NCBI GenBank assembly: GCA_028709305.1
Contig: JAQVXE010000003.1
Span: 1 to 61,765, forward strand
DNA: 61,765 nucleotides
Origin: Bacillota bacterium
Lineage (GTDB): Bacteria; Bacillota; DTU025
Reading direction: 5' to 3'
Made by a program: the position numbers and the translations under genes
The notes under the pieces: generated by a model
Databases searched by the model: none
Seen by the model: only the letters and a program-made list of their open reading frames with translations
What the model was told of the DNA's origin: nothing
In this document: positions 1-9,310 of the stretch, in pieces
How the letters are laid out: every line of letters begins with the position of its first letter
How positions within the stretch are numbered: the first letter of the stretch is position 1

Positions 1-54
1 TGGATTCATGGAGCTGCCCCAAATCGTATCCTTGAAAAACCGAATAGTGAATCG

Positions 55-468
55 TCAGAATCTGGCCTCATTGAGCAGCCAGTACACCTCGGTGCCTTTG
101 ATGCTTTCGTTGTCATTCGCGTAATCGAAGGCTGTCATCCCGTCGTGCGACTTCAGCTTGCCGTCAGCGCCCGCTTTAAGCAGCGCAAGGATGACATCCG
201 GGCTCTCGCAGTACGTAGCTGCCATCATAAGCGCAGTCCACCCGCTTTCGTCGGTGCGATTCAGGTCGGCGCCTGCCGCAACAAGCACCGTGATCGCTTT
301 CGGATCCGGGTTGATGGCTGCCGCCCACATCAGAGGTGTCCAACCGTCTATGTCTCTTCCATTCACATCAGCGCCTGCCTCTATGAGCAGCCCAAGCGCT
401 TTCACGTTCCCGGGATTGGCGGCCGCGATCATGAGAACAGTTGCACCTTCACTGCTCCGTTTGGTCAC
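55..468 (-). CDS. ankyrin repeat protein
   Basis: 137-aa ORF with three tandem ankyrin-type repeats (GWTPLMWAA..LVAAGADLN, GWTALMMAA..LLKAGADGK). The GTG start at 468 overlaps the stop of the upstream ankyrin ORF (ATGTGA). Confidence 0.75.
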   Translation of the reverse strand: MTKRSSEGATVLMIAAANPGNVKALGLLIEAGADVNGRDIDGWTPLMWAAAINPDPKAITVLVAAGADLNRTDESGWTALMMAATYCESPDVILALLKAGADGKLKSHDGMTAFDYANDNESIKGTEVYWLLNEARF

Positions 469-695
469 ATCAGCGCCTCAACGGTTTCGGGGCACGAGTT
501 GCTCAAGGCTGCAATCATCAGCGGAGTCCAGCCATCATCGTCTCTCGCGTTCACTCTGGCGCCAGCAGCGATCCTGGCTCTCACCTCAGCCGCCGTCCAC
601 TCATGATCAAAGGGCAACAGTGAGCCAGCGGCCGAAGCAACCGAGACTGAACATAAGAAGACCACGATCAGGCCTACCGCCAACACTCTCTTCAA
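465..695 (-). CDS. signal-peptide protein with one ankyrin repeat (possibly the 5' part of a frame-disrupted ankyrin gene)
   Basis: The ORF track gives 465..956. A TTG at 695 preceded by AAGAGGGA gives the N-terminus MKRVLAVGLIVVFLCSVSVASAAG (signal-peptide-like), followed by ARVNARDDDGWTPLMIAAL. The start is uncertain. Confidence 0.45.
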   Translation of the reverse strand: MKRVLAVGLIVVFLCSVSVASAAGSLLPFDHEWTAAEVRARIAAGARVNARDDDGWTPLMIAALSNSCPETVEALM

Positions 696-927
696 TCCAA
701 TCCCCGTCCCTCTTTCTTGATGCCCCTCCTTCGGGGAACACAACTGAAAGATGCGGCGGAACCCATAAGGGCCCATGAGATCCCTGGCCTCGTTCGCCGC
801 GTGAGTTGCGCAATTCTCCTCTGGCAACTCTTTCCCTCTTTCAGACACTGCGTGATCTTCCGGCAAAGAAGTGTGCCGATTCCATGGAACGAGGCGGAGA
901 ACAGATGTCCCGCTCTTTTGGGGAATC

Positions 928-3834
928 TCACGCAAGCGGCCGGATGTCGGCTCCATCCAACTCGAAATGCGCCGTCACTCTGCCTGTGCGCTTGAAGCAT
1001 TTAGTCATGTAAGGATGGCATGTGAACACCATGATCTGAGTAACATCGGCAAGATCCGCCAAAACACCCGCAGCCGCCTCGGCCCGCTCGTGATCGAAAT
1101 TGACCAGCGCCTCATCGATCATCACCGGCATCGGTTCAGCATGGGAGCAATACTCGCGGACCAGTCCGCACCTGACTGCAAGGTAAAGTTGCTGCTCAGT
1201 CCCGCAGCTCAGCGCAGCGTGGGAGAGCGCCCTGCTGTGCTCGTCCACTACGTCGAGGGACTCAAGGCCTGAAACCCTAGCTATCACCGACTGCCAACGC
1301 CCCCCGGTCATCGCGGCAAGCGCGTCTGATGCATCCCGAAGCACCCCGGGCTGCCTCTCACGCTCATACCTCTCACAAGCCCTATCCAGCAGCTCAAGGC
1401 ATAGCCTCTGGGTAGCCCACTCCCGTGTATTCTCCGCAAGCCTGCTCTTTGCCGATGCCAGCTTAAGGCTGGCCATTGCTATCTCGTCATCACGCTCCAT
1501 CGACCGCTTCCGTTCGTTCAGGCGGCCCCGGTCTTCCGCGATTCGGTTCAGTCTTGCCTCGACTGCCTTCCGCCGCTCTTCGGCATCCTCGCACAGGGCG
1601 GCTATCTCCTCGGCAGTGTGCAGCAGATGGTACTCCTCTGCCCGCTTGCGATCATCCGGGGGAAATCCCGGGGCAAACTGCGCATCAAGTTCACGCACTG
1701 CCAGTCTCGCCCTTTCCCTCGCCTCCCGGTCAGCCCTGGCCTCCTCTGCCATGACAACAAGCTCTTCAACCGCCATAGATGCCCGATCCATGTCGGTCTC
1801 CTCAAGCCCCAGCGATCTTGCGACCGCGTTCACATCCTCTACATACTGCAGCGCACGCTTTCTGGCATCATCAAGCCTCGCCCCGGCATCGATCACCAAC
1901 TGCTGCGCCCGCCTCGCCTCGCGCACCGCGTCCACAGTCCTCTCAGCCGCATCGTGCCCGAAAGAGGAATCCATCCCCCGCGCGCCCAGCCAGCTTCTCC
2001 ATTCCTCGCGCAGGCGCCCTAGCTCCTCGGACGCATCATTCTGCGATCTTGAGGCCCTCTTCCATTCGCCCTCAGCCCGCTTGCAATCCTCCGCGGCCTG
2101 CTTCCATTCTCGGTCCAGGCGAAGCATCTCGTCCCAGGCCTCCAGGTCATCCCGGGCCACATCTCTCTCACGAGCAAGCCTCACACTGTCAACATCGTCC
2201 TCGCCGAATAGCTCGCGGCATGCCAGCGAATATTCTCGCTTCAGCCCTCTCAACTCATCACAGACAACGCCATGTTCATCCCGATACCCCCGAAAAGCCT
2301 CTTCAGCCTTCTCAGCCTCCCCCATCGCCCTCTCGAACCTGCTATTTGCATCACGCGTCCTCCCGAGCGCCCGCAAGGCCATGGCGGCCGCCGCACATAC
2401 CCCCACAAGCACAACATCAAAGGAGACCGCCGCTCCGCGGTCCATGAGTAGTGCCAGAATGATTGAAAGCGCCACGGTGGAGACGGGAGCAAGCCAGCGC
2501 GAAAAACCCCTACTCCGGCCAACTTCGTCTTTCGCAGGTTGCACGTTTCGCATCTTGTCGTCCGCCAAGATGCGTGCAGCGTCCATTCTTCCTTTAGCGC
2601 CCTCGGCCTTCGCCTCGAGAACACCCATCCTCCCGAGCCAGCTCTCCGCCTCACCTATTCTGTCGATTCGCGCAACAATATCATCCCTCGCGTCGTAGTC
2701 GGACTCGCCAAGCTCCTCGCGCCTCTCCTGGAGCCGGCTCAGCCTCAACCCGACCTCATCCGCTGCCTCCCGCCTCACCCGAACCACTTCTGCAAGGCGC
2801 CGCGCCTCGGCGTCCTGCCTCGCGATTCGCTCCCGCGAGGACCGTATCTCATCGGTAACGCCTGGCGACACATCCACAGAGTCCAGTCTCTCTCCGTCCC
2901 ACGTGCCGCCCAGTTCTCTCAGGCGTTCCTCGTATGACCGTCTTCTCTCGCGTACGGCAGCTTCCAGCTCGAAGATGGCATCGGCCAGCTGGACAAAGCT
3001 TGCCTGCTCAAGCTTGAGGCGGCGTATCTCCGGCTCCATAGCCAGAACAGCCTCTCTTCGCGCCTCACCGCCGCTCCGATCCTCTTCTGCAAGGGCATCG
3101 AGGAGTGTCCGCGCAGCCAGGAGCTGCTCCCATATCTTTCTGCTGGCCGCAAGAGCCATGAACCACAGATGCCGGGCTTTCGCTTCATCTAGTTCTTCCC
3201 GAGCCCGTCTTTCTTTACCGGCCAGCCGATCCATGTTTCGCACAACCTCATTAAACTCCGCCGGCCTGCTGGCGAGGTCTCCACAGAGTCTTTCCAGTTC
3301 CGCAATCTCCCGGAGCAAAGCGTTGATTGCGGGCACTTTGCCATGCCTCTTGTAGAGCTTGTCGATGTTTGAAAGGACAACCTTGCGCGCCTCCGGCAGA
3401 GTTCTCGTTCCAAGGCCCGCACCGGCGCTGTATATCCTCGCGCGCACTTCTTCGGAACCTAGCGATTCCAATGAAGCAAGTTCAGCGAGGCTGAACGCGA
3501 ACACATTGGAGTAGAGGACCTTCGACATGTTCCCTACTACACCAGCCGGAGCCTTCGGTTGTCCCCGCTCCGCGTAGCGTTCAACGACAATCTCCTCGCC
3601 ATCGCGCATCCCAACAACGAGCCTCCCGCCGTGGCGTCCCCCTGAAAGCGGCGGGTAGTAGCCTGCTTGAGACTCCCGCTCGAACCCGAACAGAACCCCG
3701 CGCACAAACGACATCAAAGTGGACTTGCCCGCCTCGTTCGGGCCGGAGAAGAGCACGACACCATCTCCGAAGTCCCGGACGTGCTGATCGCAGAAGACTC
3801 CATACCCGTCTATATGCAGCTCAAGTATGCGCAA
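928..3834 (-). CDS. SbcC/YhaN(SbcE)-like AAA ATPase with coiled coil and central membrane hairpin
   Basis: 968 aa. It has an N-terminal Walker A (GPNEAGKST), a long E/R/A-rich coiled coil and two central hydrophobic helices (LAPVSTVALSIILALLM, VVLVGVCAAAAMALRAL). The C-terminus carries a signature/Walker B (LSCGTEQQLYLA..VMIDEALVNFD). It is immediately downstream of a metallophosphoesterase gene, as in B. subtilis yhaO-yhaN. Confidence 0.8.
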   Translation of the reverse strand: MRILELHIDGYGVFCDQHVRDFGDGVVLFSGPNEAGKSTLMSFVRGVLFGFERESQAGYYPPLSGGRHGGRLVVGMRDGEEIVVERYAERGQPKAPAGVVGNMSKVLYSNVFAFSLAELASLESLGSEEVRARIYSAGAGLGTRTLPEARKVVLSNIDKLYKRHGKVPAINALLREIAELERLCGDLASRPAEFNEVVRNMDRLAGKERRAREELDEAKARHLWFMALAASRKIWEQLLAARTLLDALAEEDRSGGEARREAVLAMEPEIRRLKLEQASFVQLADAIFELEAAVRERRRSYEERLRELGGTWDGERLDSVDVSPGVTDEIRSSRERIARQDAEARRLAEVVRVRREAADEVGLRLSRLQERREELGESDYDARDDIVARIDRIGEAESWLGRMGVLEAKAEGAKGRMDAARILADDKMRNVQPAKDEVGRSRGFSRWLAPVSTVALSIILALLMDRGAAVSFDVVLVGVCAAAAMALRALGRTRDANSRFERAMGEAEKAEEAFRGYRDEHGVVCDELRGLKREYSLACRELFGEDDVDSVRLARERDVARDDLEAWDEMLRLDREWKQAAEDCKRAEGEWKRASRSQNDASEELGRLREEWRSWLGARGMDSSFGHDAAERTVDAVREARRAQQLVIDAGARLDDARKRALQYVEDVNAVARSLGLEETDMDRASMAVEELVVMAEEARADREARERARLAVRELDAQFAPGFPPDDRKRAEEYHLLHTAEEIAALCEDAEERRKAVEARLNRIAEDRGRLNERKRSMERDDEIAMASLKLASAKSRLAENTREWATQRLCLELLDRACERYERERQPGVLRDASDALAAMTGGRWQSVIARVSGLESLDVVDEHSRALSHAALSCGTEQQLYLAVRCGLVREYCSHAEPMPVMIDEALVNFDHERAEAAAGVLADLADVTQIMVFTCHPYMTKCFKRTGRVTAHFELDGADIRPLA

Positions 3835-3837
3835 CCC

Positions 3838-5103
3838 CTACACCTCCTCCCCCAGGAGCAGGCCGAGCCCGACCGACTCCGCCCTGTCCACAAGTGCTAC
3901 AAGCTCTTCATCACTCATGTCCCTGATGATTCTTGCCGCCCTGGGGTGTGCTAGGTCCCCGGCCAGCATCTCCCTGACTCTCTCCAGGGCCCCAGGACCC
4001 GATCTTGCCTCGTCGGCCAAAGACAGGAAGTCGGAGATCAGGCTCCCCCCAGCCAGGAGCGCATCCCTGTCCACATCGGGCCTGGTGAAATCCTGTATCG
4101 ACTCGATCCAATCGAATCGCGCACACGGTGCGATATCTTCTCCGACTGCTGACGCGAGATCGTCTGCCCCGCCCCCTTCAGCCAGCTGGCTGTGGACAGG
4201 CCCGCGCCCGAAGAGACGCAAGCGTACAGCGCAGGAGCGGCCATCGGACGCCTGGGCAAGCCTGGCAATCTCGGCCTTTGCCTCCTCAACCAGATCTCCA
4301 AGATTGGACATGCCGTCAATGTGTATGTCCACAACATGCCAGCGGATCGCATCGGCCGCGACGAACTCGTACTCCACCCGGCCCCCCGAGTCTACATGCA
4401 CCACGAAGCAACCGCCGGGCCCCGTCTCCCTCGGGTTCCTTCCTTGAGTACAGCCGGGATAGATAATCACAGGATCCCTCTCCGATAGCACTATGGGCGA
4501 GTGGACGTGGCCCAGTGCCCAGTAGTCAATGCCAGTGGAGATCAAGTCATGGAGGGTGCATGGCGCATAATTCTCATGCGCAGGATCACCACCCACATTG
4601 GAGTGGAGAACACCGATGGTAAACGGGTCACCGTCATTCTTGCGGAACTTGAGAGCAAGGTTGTCTGCGACAGCGGGCTGGGCGTAGCTGATCCCTGCAA
4701 CGACAGCTGCCACCTGGCCGCCGACGGACACTGGGTACGACTCCACCTCATCGGCTCCAAAGAAGTGGACCTCCTCAGGCCAGTCAAGGATCGCCCGCCA
4801 TCCGGACAGGGCATCATGATTGCCGTATGCTATGTATGTGTGTATTCCCCGGCGGGCAAGTTCTGACAGGGCCTCAAAGAGCTCAAGCTGCGCCCTGATA
4901 CTCCGTTGCTCAGCATCGAACACATCTCCCGCCAGCACCAAGAAATCCGCCTCATGTTCGACGCAAACGCGCACCAAGGCCTGTAGCGAAGCTCTTGACG
5001 CATCTATGAACGCTTGTGCCAACCGTGGCGAACCCACCTTCATCGCCGCAAACGGCGAATCAAGGTGCAGATCGGCCGCGTGGACAAAGCAGAATCCTCC
5101 CAA
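3838..5103 (-). CDS. SbcD/YhaO(SbcF)-like metallophosphoesterase (DNA repair exonuclease)
   Basis: 421 aa with calcineurin-like phosphoesterase motifs (HAADLHLD, GDVFD, GNHD, GHVH). Its stop lies 3 nt from the ATPase start. The TTG start follows the ORF track and is uncertain. Confidence 0.8.
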   Translation of the reverse strand: MGGFCFVHAADLHLDSPFAAMKVGSPRLAQAFIDASRASLQALVRVCVEHEADFLVLAGDVFDAEQRSIRAQLELFEALSELARRGIHTYIAYGNHDALSGWRAILDWPEEVHFFGADEVESYPVSVGGQVAAVVAGISYAQPAVADNLALKFRKNDGDPFTIGVLHSNVGGDPAHENYAPCTLHDLISTGIDYWALGHVHSPIVLSERDPVIIYPGCTQGRNPRETGPGGCFVVHVDSGGRVEYEFVAADAIRWHVVDIHIDGMSNLGDLVEEAKAEIARLAQASDGRSCAVRLRLFGRGPVHSQLAEGGGADDLASAVGEDIAPCARFDWIESIQDFTRPDVDRDALLAGGSLISDFLSLADEARSGPGALERVREMLAGDLAHPRAARIIRDMSDEELVALVDRAESVGLGLLLGEEV

Positions 5104-5169
5104 AATAGAGCAACCCCCTCTGAGCAGGAATTTGAACCCTAATAGGTAATTCTCTGCTCAGAGGGGTTT
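5104..5169 (-). terminator. rho-independent terminator after the sigma/anti-sigma/DUF4367-like unit
   Basis: 15-bp near-perfect stem (AACCCCCTCTGAGCAG / CTGCTCAGAGGGGTT) with a 26-nt loop. On the minus strand it is followed by GCTCTATTTT. Confidence 0.6.
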
Positions 5170-5217
5170 ACCCTCCAGCACGTATTCCTTTGGCTGGCGC
5201 GGCCCGGGGGGCTCTTG

Positions 5218-6285
5218 TCAACCCACACTACGGGCCATTTTGAGGAGGAGTTCCGGGTCTATATCACCAACAAGAAGGTGTCTGATCCCGCGCTTCTCCC
5301 ATTCGATCACATTTCCAGCCTTCGGCTCCAGCGTGGAAGCGGTCCACCAAGGAACGTATCTTTCGTAAAGCGATATCATCCCGAGTCCATCATAGTACAC
5401 AAGCTGAGCAACGCCTCCCACGCCACGGGCAAATGACGGGCCGCCTGCAAGATCCTTAAGCACTCTTACCCCGGCCAGCTCGTATCCTGGCGGTATCCAT
5501 TTCGGAACCGCAATCTCGAAGCCAAGAACTTGCGAGGCGTAATCCGCCGTCATTGCCCACCCTCTTCCACTGTCGCGGGCAGCCATCGTCAACGCCAGCT
5601 TGGCACATCTCAATCGTTCTTCATCTAGATCAAAATCGCAATCCAATTGGAGGGTCTGTAGACGCTGAATCACTTCTCCACAGTAGTTCACATCTTCAAG
5701 GCTGAGCAATACCCCAGACGTCTTGTCCACCCATACAGTTCTGCCCACATTCCCCGGGAGCTTCGGCATCAGCTTTATCCTGGCACTCTCCCGTCCGCGA
5801 TAGTAATACCCAGCCGACTTCTCGATGGAGTAGTTGCGAACCAGAAGGGGCAGGTCGTCTCCTACAGGCACAAGCATTGCAAATAGGAACCTCGTAATCT
5901 GATCCTCGCAGAGCGTGAGCGTGACGCCTCCATCGCCCATGCCGGATCCGCCAATAGGCAGACTGTAGCATGCGGTCATGCTGTCGCTCACCGCCAAACA
6001 TGATTCATTGTCCAATAGCCCCATCGAGTATACGACCACGTCGCCATAACCTGTCGCCGTGACTTCCAAATCCCCGATGGAAGGGTTCCATAGCCTGATC
6101 ACCGATGCGAACTTCGCCTTAGGTGCCAAGCAAAGAGCATATAGTTCATCAGGGCCCATCCCGTCAACCAAAAGCGAAAGGTCAGCTCCGGCAGCCCCAT
6201 ATCCATACATGATAACCAAGGACATCAGGAGGGTAGCCATGATTCGCGGCCGTGACCCTGCACAGTTTCGGTTGCAGACCATCAT
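5218..6285 (-). CDS. membrane-anchored protein, DUF4367/LolA-like C-terminal region (anti-sigma-associated)
   Basis: The ORF is 5218..6327. ATG at 6285 lies just after the anti-sigma stop and gives an N-terminal hydrophobic anchor (MATLLMSLVIMYGYGAAG region). The C-terminal VPKWIPPGYELAGVRV motif is typical of DUF4367-type proteins encoded next to anti-sigma factors. The family call is from memory. Confidence 0.5.
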   Translation of the reverse strand: MMVCNRNCAGSRPRIMATLLMSLVIMYGYGAAGADLSLLVDGMGPDELYALCLAPKAKFASVIRLWNPSIGDLEVTATGYGDVVVYSMGLLDNESCLAVSDSMTACYSLPIGGSGMGDGGVTLTLCEDQITRFLFAMLVPVGDDLPLLVRNYSIEKSAGYYYRGRESARIKLMPKLPGNVGRTVWVDKTSGVLLSLEDVNYCGEVIQRLQTLQLDCDFDLDEERLRCAKLALTMAARDSGRGWAMTADYASQVLGFEIAVPKWIPPGYELAGVRVLKDLAGGPSFARGVGGVAQLVYYDGLGMISLYERYVPWWTASTLEPKAGNVIEWEKRGIRHLLVGDIDPELLLKMARSVG

Positions 6286-6289
6286 CTGC

Positions 6290-6853
6290 TCACCGCCACC
6301 CCTGCACGAGCTTCGAACGGGGCGCACTCACCCATATTGACCTGGCAGACTTCGAGCCAAGAGTGCCTCCGACATGGCTCGAAGAGACCATGTAGTGGGA
6401 TCTGATGAGAACCTTCTCCTGTTCGGCCAGGTTACGCCTGAATGCGCTTGATGAAACTGTAGACATGAAGACTACAAGTGCCGCCACGGCAGCCGCAAGG
6501 GGCAACGTAGCTCTCCTTCGAACGCCTACCGACCAAGCCCGGTTACCAATGGCACTGTCGGAAGCGCGCAGGGCTTCAGCGCGCCCTACCTCCGCCGAAA
6601 CCTGGCAGGCCATGGCCTCAACATCCCATACAGGATCCGCCATCTCCCTGAATCCTTTCCCGATTGCAGCAAGTAGCTGCACTTCGCCACGACACGAAGC
6701 GCACACCTCGAGGTGAGCTTCTACAGCAGCGGTCCTCCCACTCGGCAACTCGCCGTCCATATACATTCCCAAAGTCACGCCGTCTGGGTGCGGACTATTG
6801 CATCTTCTGCGTCCAATGCCAAACAAGCGTGGCAGCTTATCTTGGGTCATCAA
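6290..6853 (-). CDS. anti-sigma factor, zf-HC2 type, single-pass membrane
   Basis: YMDGELPSGRTAAVEAHLEVCASCRGE matches the HxxxCxxC zinc-finger anti-sigma motif. A TM segment (LPLAAAVAALVVFMSTV) is present. The gene is directly downstream of an ECF sigma gene. Confidence 0.8.
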   Translation of the reverse strand: MMTQDKLPRLFGIGRRRCNSPHPDGVTLGMYMDGELPSGRTAAVEAHLEVCASCRGEVQLLAAIGKGFREMADPVWDVEAMACQVSAEVGRAEALRASDSAIGNRAWSVGVRRRATLPLAAAVAALVVFMSTVSSSAFRRNLAEQEKVLIRSHYMVSSSHVGGTLGSKSARSIWVSAPRSKLVQGWR

Positions 6854-6871
6854 GAGAGCGCTGCATCGGCG

Positions 6872-7486
6872 TCAAGCGCGCCGCGCAGCAGCCACCTCCT
6901 TAGTCAATCTCTCCCTTAGCAGTCGCCTGGCCATGTGTAGTCTGGACTTGACTGTGCCCTCAGAGATGTCCAGGGCTTCTGCTATTTCAGAATACGACAA
7001 CATCTCGGCTTCTCTCAAAACAAAAACAGATCTATAGATTGGCGGCAGCTCAGCCACGGCAGTGCGTATGGATTCGATCGTTTCCATACGTCCAATAACC
7101 TCTTGCGGATCAAGGCTGTCATCTGCAATTTCCGGCTCAACGTCAGAGTCATCAAACTCTCTTGGCTCATTCAGCGACACAATCTGCAGCCGGTCCCTAT
7201 TTCTGAACTTGCCAAGGATCACATTGACCAGTATCTTGCGGAGCCATGTATAAACTTGGGCATCGCCTCTATAGCCTCCGATGCTCCGCCATCCGGCCAG
7301 GAAGGCCTCTTGGACAGCGTCCCACGCCTCTTCCTCGGAGCCTGACATCCTCCAGGCAAGATTCAGGAGCTTGTCAGAGTGCCTTCTCACAAGTTCAGAG
7401 TAGGCGTCCTGTGAACTCGTTGCCGCCATGCGTGCCAGCTCCAGATCTGACAAGGAAGTCCACTTAGGATCGCCCACGATGTTCAC
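6872..7486 (-). CDS. ECF (RpoE-like) RNA polymerase sigma-70 family factor
   Basis: Region 2 (EEAWDAVQEAFLAGWRSIGGYRGDAQVYTWLRKILVN) and region 4 HTH (LSYSEIAEALDISEGTVKSRLHMARRLLRERL) are present. The GGAGG position suggests the real start may be the in-frame GTG at 7477. Confidence 0.9.
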   Translation of the reverse strand: MNIVGDPKWTSLSDLELARMAATSSQDAYSELVRRHSDKLLNLAWRMSGSEEEAWDAVQEAFLAGWRSIGGYRGDAQVYTWLRKILVNVILGKFRNRDRLQIVSLNEPREFDDSDVEPEIADDSLDPQEVIGRMETIESIRTAVAELPPIYRSVFVLREAEMLSYSEIAEALDISEGTVKSRLHMARRLLRERLTKEVAAARRA

Positions 7487-8413
7487 CTCCTGAGATGAAC
7501 AGGGCGAAAGCCATTCTGGCCGCTACTCCGTTCCAGCCCCGAACCTGAATCCAGAAGGACCACAAACCTTGTCAGGAGCCAGCATCTCGGTGCAGATGGC
7601 CCGCTCGCGTCAAACAGCAGCAGCATCGCTCGTGCACCCACAAAGCTGCCTGGGCAACAACCACAGCCTGAGCGGGTTCAGTTGAGGCGGAAAGATATCC
7701 ATTTCGGGCTCGAATCGCCTAGCCCTGCACCTTCTTGGATTCGCCACCAGGCCGCAATACCCTGCTTCCGAACAAGGGTGCCTCTGTATGCTGCATGAGT
7801 TCATGGCCAATTGCCAAAGATCTGATATTACCCTCTTCGACCCACTGAATCTGGAGAAGAAAAGAGCCGGGGCCACCCATTAGAAGTTCCATGCTGCGCC
7901 AACTTCATTACTAACGCCCGTAACTTGCCTGCAAGGATATGCTCCTACCCCCGCCAGATAATCGCATCCCCGCGCCTCCTCAGTTGCCAAATCTGCTGTA
8001 TCTACTAGGACGTTGTCTACGCAAAACAATGATGCTGCCCTGTCATGATGTGAATGCGTCAATTTCTGTTAGCCTTGACTCCTGCATAGAGAAAAGCACT
8101 ACTAGCAAAGGCACAGCTATATGGAATTGTGTGGGTCGTGCCCCGACTCTACTACTATAGATGTATTTAAGCGCAAAAAGTTCGAAAACCGCGATATCTA
8201 TTTTCGGAACCGCCGAGAGCTGGTCTTTAACACAAACCTAAGAGGTATCTACTGACCACTCACCCATGCCGGAGAAGACATTGCCCCATTGGACTTCAAC
8301 CCAGTTTCCGGATTCAGTGCCTGCAACGTGCGAATCATCCATCCGCAAGTATCTTGATACATGTGGCACATATCGTATAGTATTTGCATTGGAACCCTTG
8401 GGGAGGGATCAAT

Positions 8414-9109
8414 ATGGGCTACCCAGAACGGCCACTTTCCATTCAACGAACTGCGCCCGCTACATACACACTACTTGTGGTCAACGGAATCCTCTTTGGG
8501 TTGCTCGAAGCGTCAGGGGGATCCCAAGACCCATTAGTCCTCCTGAGATGGGGCGCGAAATTCGGCCCTGCAATCCGTGCAGGCCAGGCATGGCGCCTGG
8601 TTACGTCCGTCTTCCTCCACTCCGGATTGCTTCACCTTGCCGCAAACTCATATTCCCTATATAATCTCGGCAATGTAACAGAACGGCTTTTGGGAACCGC
8701 ACGGTTCATATTTGTCTATTTCCTCTCAGGCATCTGGGGATCGATTGTTAGCACGTATCTTTCTGACCCCATGGTGCTGGGAGTAGGAGCCTCAGGCGCC
8801 ATATTCGGTCTTGCCGGCTGCCTCTTCTACTTCGGGGTAAGGTATCCCAGGCATTTCGCGGCTATCGCCGGGTCAAGGTTCATTCTGGTCGTCCTTCTCA
8901 ACCTCTTCATAGGCTTCACAAGTCCGCTCATTGACAACTACGCTCATATTGGCGGACTTTTCGGAGGATTCGTTTCCGCCTGTGCGCTGGGGCTTCCGAA
9001 CGAGCCAAGAACTGAGAGGCGCTCCCTCTTCCTCTGGGTCTTCTTAGTCGCTACGCTGATTGCAGCAGCCATGGTGTCACGCCCTCTCGCCGGCAAGATT
9101 CTGATGTAG
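8414..9109 (+). CDS. rhomboid family intramembrane serine protease
   Basis: Rhomboid motifs HLAANSYSLY, GASGAIFGL (catalytic Ser) and HIGGLFGG (catalytic His) sit in a multi-TM protein. ATG at 8414 is preceded by GGGGAGGGA. The ORF track starts at 8384. Confidence 0.85.
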   Translation: MGYPERPLSIQRTAPATYTLLVVNGILFGLLEASGGSQDPLVLLRWGAKFGPAIRAGQAWRLVTSVFLHSGLLHLAANSYSLYNLGNVTERLLGTARFIFVYFLSGIWGSIVSTYLSDPMVLGVGASGAIFGLAGCLFYFGVRYPRHFAAIAGSRFILVVLLNLFIGFTSPLIDNYAHIGGLFGGFVSACALGLPNEPRTERRSLFLWVFLVATLIAAAMVSRPLAGKILM

Positions 9110-9235
9110 CCAGGCATCTTCAGACATCCGGGCCTCTTCCCTTAATCCCACCGTACCCTGCTTTATTGCATCCCTCGCGTCAACATGATCGATCCGCCGA
9201 TGGCCAAGAGTTCCTCCAAATCGTGCGCATACGCG

Positions 9236-9264
9236 TTGACACGCCACTGCTCCGGTAGTAATAT
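9236..9264 (+). promoter_or_regulatory. sigma-70-type promoter upstream of the oxoamine synthase gene
   Basis: TTGACA (9236-9241), a 17-nt spacer and TAATAT (9259-9264), about 45 nt upstream of the GTG start at 9311. Confidence 0.5.
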
Positions 9265-9310
9265 GTGTTTGTGCACATTTCTGTGAACATCGTGGCAAGG
9301 AGGGTTAATC

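Noticed and set aside
1616-2698. 360-aa Ser/Ala/Arg-rich ORF on the plus strand, with similar long antisense ORFs at 12087-12890, 28561-29298, 35409-35930, 45927-47297, 58195-58908 and 58921-59631
   Set aside because: Each lies entirely antisense to a gene with clear family motifs (the YhaN-like ATPase, aminotransferase, Hsp20, PhoU, FMN dehydrogenase and thiolase genes). Their translations are low-complexity. These are shadow ORFs typical of GC-rich coding DNA.
928-5103. The membrane-anchored SMC-like ATPase plus phosphoesterase as a novel defence system (Lamassu/Gabija-like)
   Set aside because: The size, motif order, central TM hairpin and gene pairing match the housekeeping YhaO-YhaN (SbcF-SbcE) repair nuclease of Bacillus-type genomes. 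No extra effector genes are present.
7525-7550. Minus-strand TTCTGGATTCAGGTTCGGGG, reminiscent of a tmRNA 5' region
   Set aside because: It is only a short resemblance, with no matching acceptor 3' end, tag reading frame or pseudoknot context. It lies in the leader of the ECF sigma gene.
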